Shown here one piece after another: positions 60,182-64,000 of a stretch of DNA of 64,000 nucleotides (position 1 is its first letter; each line of letters starts with the position of its first letter). Below the pieces are notes generated by a model that was given only the letters and a program-made list of their open reading frames with translations, was not told the DNA's origin and ran no database searches. The stretch is taken from assembly GCA_038727515.1 (NCBI GenBank), contig JAVYVS010000002.1, forward strand, positions 160,001-224,000. Direction: 5' to 3'. The translations under genes and the position numbers were made by a program. This DNA is from Candidatus Methanomethylicia archaeon (GTDB taxonomy: Archaea > Thermoproteota > Methanomethylicia > Culexarchaeales > Culexarchaeaceae).

Positions 60182-61207
60182 ATGGTTTTATCCATAGGTG
60201 ATCACCCAAGAGTTAGACTTGTACGTTTTCCAACACCAATACAATATATGCCTAAGATTAGTGAAGAGCTTGGAGTTGAATTATATATTAAACGTGATGA
60301 CTTCATGGAATTAGCTTTTGGAGGTAATAAAGCTAGAAAACTTGAATATCTAATTGGTGATGCTATAAAAAGGAATTGTGATACCATTATAACCACCGGT
60401 GCTTTATGTTCCAATCATGTTAGATTAACTGCAGCTGCATGTAGACTATTTAATTTACATCCAATACTTGTTTTAAGTACTACTGGTCCAAAGAAGGTTA
60501 AGGGTAATTTACTTTTAGATGCCTTATTTGATGCTGAAATTAGAATTATTGATTTTGAAAGGAGAGATTCTCAGAAAGTTCTGGAAGAAGTAGCTAGAGA
60601 AGAGGAGAGTAAAGGTAGAAAGCCATATGTAATTCCAAGTGGAGGTGCAAGTAAGGTTGGCGTTTTAGGGTATTTGAATGCTTCTATTGAAATTTTACAT
60701 CAATTAAATGAAATGTGCGTTAAAATTGATTATATAGTTCACTCTACTGGTTCTGGAGGAACTCAAGCTGCATTGTGTTTGGGTATGAAGGCTTTGAATA
60801 GTGGGATTAAAGTTGTAGGGATTTCATGTGGTCCATCAAAAAATGTTATGCGGGAGCGTATAAGTAGGATTGCTAAAGAATCTATTGAATACTTGAATTT
60901 ACCAGTTAAACTTAGTGATGATGATATTATAGTTTATGATGAATACACTTGCGGTGGATATGGTATTGTCACTAAGGATGTTGTTGAAGTTATGAAGAAG
61001 GTTGCTAAATTAGAAGCTATACTACTCGACCCATTATATACTGGTAAAGCCTTCATGGGTTTAATGGATCTTATAGATAAAGGTGTATTTGAAAAGGGTT
61101 CTAGGATATTGTTTATACATACTGGTGGTTTACCATTGATATTCCAATATGAAGAAGATCTTTGGCGTTATGGTATTCACGTATCTGATCTAGAGAAGTT
61201 TATGTAA
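60182..61207 (+). CDS. D-cysteine desulfhydrase/ACC deaminase family PLP enzyme
   Basis: KRDD, GGNKARKLEY, SNH, GSGGT, LDPLYTGKA, HTGG. Confidence 0.9.
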   Translation: MVLSIGDHPRVRLVRFPTPIQYMPKISEELGVELYIKRDDFMELAFGGNKARKLEYLIGDAIKRNCDTIITTGALCSNHVRLTAAACRLFNLHPILVLSTTGPKKVKGNLLLDALFDAEIRIIDFERRDSQKVLEEVAREEESKGRKPYVIPSGGASKVGVLGYLNASIEILHQLNEMCVKIDYIVHSTGSGGTQAALCLGMKALNSGIKVVGISCGPSKNVMRERISRIAKESIEYLNLPVKLSDDDIIVYDEYTCGGYGIVTKDVVEVMKKVAKLEAILLDPLYTGKAFMGLMDLIDKGVFEKGSRILFIHTGGLPLIFQYEEDLWRYGIHVSDLEKFM

Positions 61208-61219
61208 TTCAATATATAC

Positions 61220-61540
61220 TCAACCCTTTTTATATCCTATGTAGAATCCCGCCATAAATGATCCTGTAAAAGGTATATTTGCTGTTATTTGACTTACTAT
61301 TGGTGTAGCTCCCCCAATAATATTTTTAGTTGCATTTTCTATCTTACCTATTAGGGTTGAGTAATCCACCTTTATTATCCCACTCCACTGTAAATATGCT
61401 AATACCAATAGAAATCCTCCCACTATCACTATTAATATCTTCATTAATTTCTTCAATGCATATCCAACTATAAATCCAGTTATTGCTCCAGTTCCAAGTT
61501 GAAATAATATTGGGTCCCATTCACTCATATATATCACCAA
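61220..61540 (-). CDS. FUN14 family membrane protein
   Basis: QLGTGAITGFIVGYALKK...YLQWSGIIKVD...F.AGF.IG. Confidence 0.85.
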   Translation of the reverse strand: MVIYMSEWDPILFQLGTGAITGFIVGYALKKLMKILIVIVGGFLLVLAYLQWSGIIKVDYSTLIGKIENATKNIIGGATPIVSQITANIPFTGSFMAGFYIGYKKG

Positions 61541-61624
61541 TTAATTCTCTCCTCACATATTTATACTATTTGATACATTTTTAATATAAAAATTAGGAAA
61601 TAATTGTATTTTTAAGTGAATTAT

Positions 61625-63229
61625 TTATTTAGGTCTTTCTAGAACTTTTCCAGGTAGTTTCCCTGTATGTTCTCCATCTTTTATGACTATTTCACCATTT
61701 ACTATTACATATTTTATTCCCTTTGGATATTGGTGTGGATTTTCAAAGGTTGCTGTATCAATTATAGTCTTTTTATCAAATATCACTATATCAGCGTAGA
61801 AACCTTTTCTTATTAATCCTCTATCCTTTAAACCGAGTTTATTTGCTGGTGTTGAAGTCATCTTTTTAATTGCTTCTTCAATACTTATCAGCTTCATATC
61901 TCTAGCATATCTACCAATTATTCTTGGGAAAGTTCCATAACTTCTTGGATGCGGTTTACCTCTTCCAAGAGGTTCATATGGTGCTATACTTGATCCATCT
62001 GTTCCAACCATTGTATATGGACTCTTCAATGCCTGTATCATATCTTCTTCCCTCATCATATGAAGTATTATCTGCACCCTCCCCTCTTCTTCTATTATTA
62101 AGTCAAAGGCTTGATCATAGGGATCTTTATTATTCATTTTTGCTATTTCACTTATACTTAATCCCTCATATTGCTTATTCTTTTCACATGAGGCTACAAT
62201 TATTCTATCCCATCCAGCTAGATTTGCAAGATTCTCCCATCCCTCCAGTTTCGTTTCTATATCTAGTTTAATTTTTGCTCTTTGCTCAGGGTCTTTTAAT
62301 CTTTTAATCATTTCTTCTATTCCACCCACATGTGCCCATGGTGGTATACATGCCGTTAAACTTGTACTTCCAGCTGTATATGGATAGAAGTCTGCTGTTA
62401 CATCTATTCCTTCTTCTCTTGCTTCTTCAATTAATTTTATTGCTTCATTAATCTTCCCCCAATTTCTAACTCCCGCTGATTTTAGATGTGATATTTCAAC
62501 TCTTATACCTGCTTCTCTACCTATCCTTATGGCTTCTTTTACTGCTTCTATTAAGTGATCTGCTTCACTCCTTATGTGCGATGAATATAATCCACCATAT
62601 TTTGCAGCTACCTTTGCTAATTCAATTATTTCTTCAGTTTCCGCATAGCTTCCAGGTGTATATATTAATCCTGTTGATAACCCGAAGGCTCCATCCCTCA
62701 TTGATTCATCTAATAAATTCTTCATTTCTTCAAGCTCCTCTTTTGTTGGCTTTCTATTTTCATATCCCATTACATTAATTCTAAGAGTTCCATGCCCTAT
62801 TAGTGGAGCTACGTTTAATGCTATTCCACTCCTATTAAGTTTTTCTTTATATTCTTTAAATGTCGACCAATCCCACGTTATGTATTGCGCTAATTCACCA
62901 AGTCTTTTTTTGAATATATCCCTCTTATCTGGTAGTATTGGTGCCATACTTGAACCACAATTTCCAATAACCTCTAATGTTACTCCTTGTCTAATTTTAC
63001 TTTCAGCTTTTGGATTTATGAGTAGAGTTGAATCTGAATGACTATGCATATCTATAAATCCAGGTGAAACTATTAATCCCTCAGCATCTATAACATGTTC
63101 ACCAATTTTAAATTTCCCTTTTCTCTTTATTTCCACTATTTTACCATTTCTTATTGCTATACTTCCATGATACCATGGGCTTCCAGTTCCATCAATTATC
63201 TTTGCATTGTTTATAATTATATCGTACAT
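61625..63229 (-). CDS. N-acyl-D-amino-acid deacylase (D-aminoacylase)
   Basis: PGFIDMHSHSD, GNCG, GLSTGLIY.PG, SHIRSE, HPRSYGTFPR. Confidence 0.9.
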   Translation of the reverse strand: MYDIIINNAKIIDGTGSPWYHGSIAIRNGKIVEIKRKGKFKIGEHVIDAEGLIVSPGFIDMHSHSDSTLLINPKAESKIRQGVTLEVIGNCGSSMAPILPDKRDIFKKRLGELAQYITWDWSTFKEYKEKLNRSGIALNVAPLIGHGTLRINVMGYENRKPTKEELEEMKNLLDESMRDGAFGLSTGLIYTPGSYAETEEIIELAKVAAKYGGLYSSHIRSEADHLIEAVKEAIRIGREAGIRVEISHLKSAGVRNWGKINEAIKLIEEAREEGIDVTADFYPYTAGSTSLTACIPPWAHVGGIEEMIKRLKDPEQRAKIKLDIETKLEGWENLANLAGWDRIIVASCEKNKQYEGLSISEIAKMNNKDPYDQAFDLIIEEEGRVQIILHMMREEDMIQALKSPYTMVGTDGSSIAPYEPLGRGKPHPRSYGTFPRIIGRYARDMKLISIEEAIKKMTSTPANKLGLKDRGLIRKGFYADIVIFDKKTIIDTATFENPHQYPKGIKYVIVNGEIVIKDGEHTGKLPGKVLERPK

Positions 63230-63332
63230 TTAATTCACCAAAACAATCTATACATTAAATTATATATTTCACTTCCGACTTGATATTTGGTTAAATTTAA
63301 ATTATGATTGTTGATAGATTTTTATGATATTC

Positions 63333-64000
63333 ATGGTAGGTTTAAATGCTGATTTAGTTTTGGTTAATGGTAAAATATATTCTATGAATGATAATAATGA
63401 TGTTTATGAGGCTTTAGCCGTTAAAGATGGTAAAATTGTTTTCACCGGTTCTTCTAGGGATGTTAAGGGTTTTATAGGTGATAAAACTCTAGTTATTGAT
63501 TTAAATGGTAAGACTGTTCTACCTGGTTTTATAGATACTCATATACATTTTGTTGGTGTTGGTCTTTCAATTATGATGATTGATCTTAGGGATGTTAAAT
63601 CTATTGGAGAGTTTAAGGATAAGGTTGAAAAAGTTGTTAAAGAAGTTGGAGAGGGAAAATGGATTTTAGGTAGAGGTTGGGATCAGGATAAGTTTATTGA
63701 GAAACGTTATCCCAATAGATGGGATTTAGATGAAGTAGCTCCGAGAAATCCAGTGTTTTTAAGGAGGGTTTGTGGACATATTGCAATAGCTAATTCTCTA
63801 GCTTTAAAACTCGCTGGAATTGATAAAAATACTCCAGATCCTGAAGGGGGTAAGATTGATAGAGATGAAGGAGGTGAGCCAACTGGTATTTTGAGAGAAT
63901 CTGCTATGAGGCTTGTATGGTCTAAGATCCCTCCTCCCTCAATAGATGATTATGTTAAAGCTATAGAGCTTGCATGTAATGAAGCTTTATCCCATGGTAT
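63333..64000 (+). CDS. Amidohydrolase-3 (YtcJ-like), truncated by window end
   Basis: ADLVLVNGKIY...GKTVLPGFIDTHIH...GRGWDQ...CGHIAIANS...PTGILRE. Confidence 0.88.
   Translation, partial: MVGLNADLVLVNGKIYSMNDNNDVYEALAVKDGKIVFTGSSRDVKGFIGDKTLVIDLNGKTVLPGFIDTHIHFVGVGLSIMMIDLRDVKSIGEFKDKVEKVVKEVGEGKWILGRGWDQDKFIEKRYPNRWDLDEVAPRNPVFLRRVCGHIAIANSLALKLAGIDKNTPDPEGGKIDRDEGGEPTGILRESAMRLVWSKIPPPSIDDYVKAIELACNEALSHG

Overview
Gene-dense, AT-rich archaeal chromosomal segment. TBP, Rpo6, eS31, an arcadin-1-like protein, a crenarchaeal-type pyruvoyl decarboxylase, aKMT, DUF2153 and F420-dependent Mtd suggest a TACK/Thermoproteota anaerobe, possibly Methanomethylicia/Culexarchaeia-like (inference). About 60 CDSs cover housekeeping, peptide and amino-acid catabolism, Fe-S assembly (SufS, IscS/IscU, DUF59), [NiFe]-hydrogenase maturation (hypD, hypA, Mrp-type hypB) and C1 metabolism (fhs-folD divergent from mtd). 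I saw no tRNA, rRNA, CRISPR array or transposase. The main find is that hypD looks broken but is interrupted inside its CGTH motif by a 23-nt insert (43838-43860). The insert folds into a bulge-helix-bulge (BHB) motif, and cleavage at the canonical sites restores a full 364-aa HypD, so it is a candidate mRNA intron. Other notable items: a FolD with a degenerate NADP site paired with Mtd (possible F420-linked folate C1 route), a HerA-like ATPase fused to a coiled coil and 13 Cys/His repeats, tandem Lhr helicases, a PIP-box MBL hydrolase, an HbYX-tailed orphan protein and an AEP primase-like fusion. All family calls come from motif recognition, not database searches.
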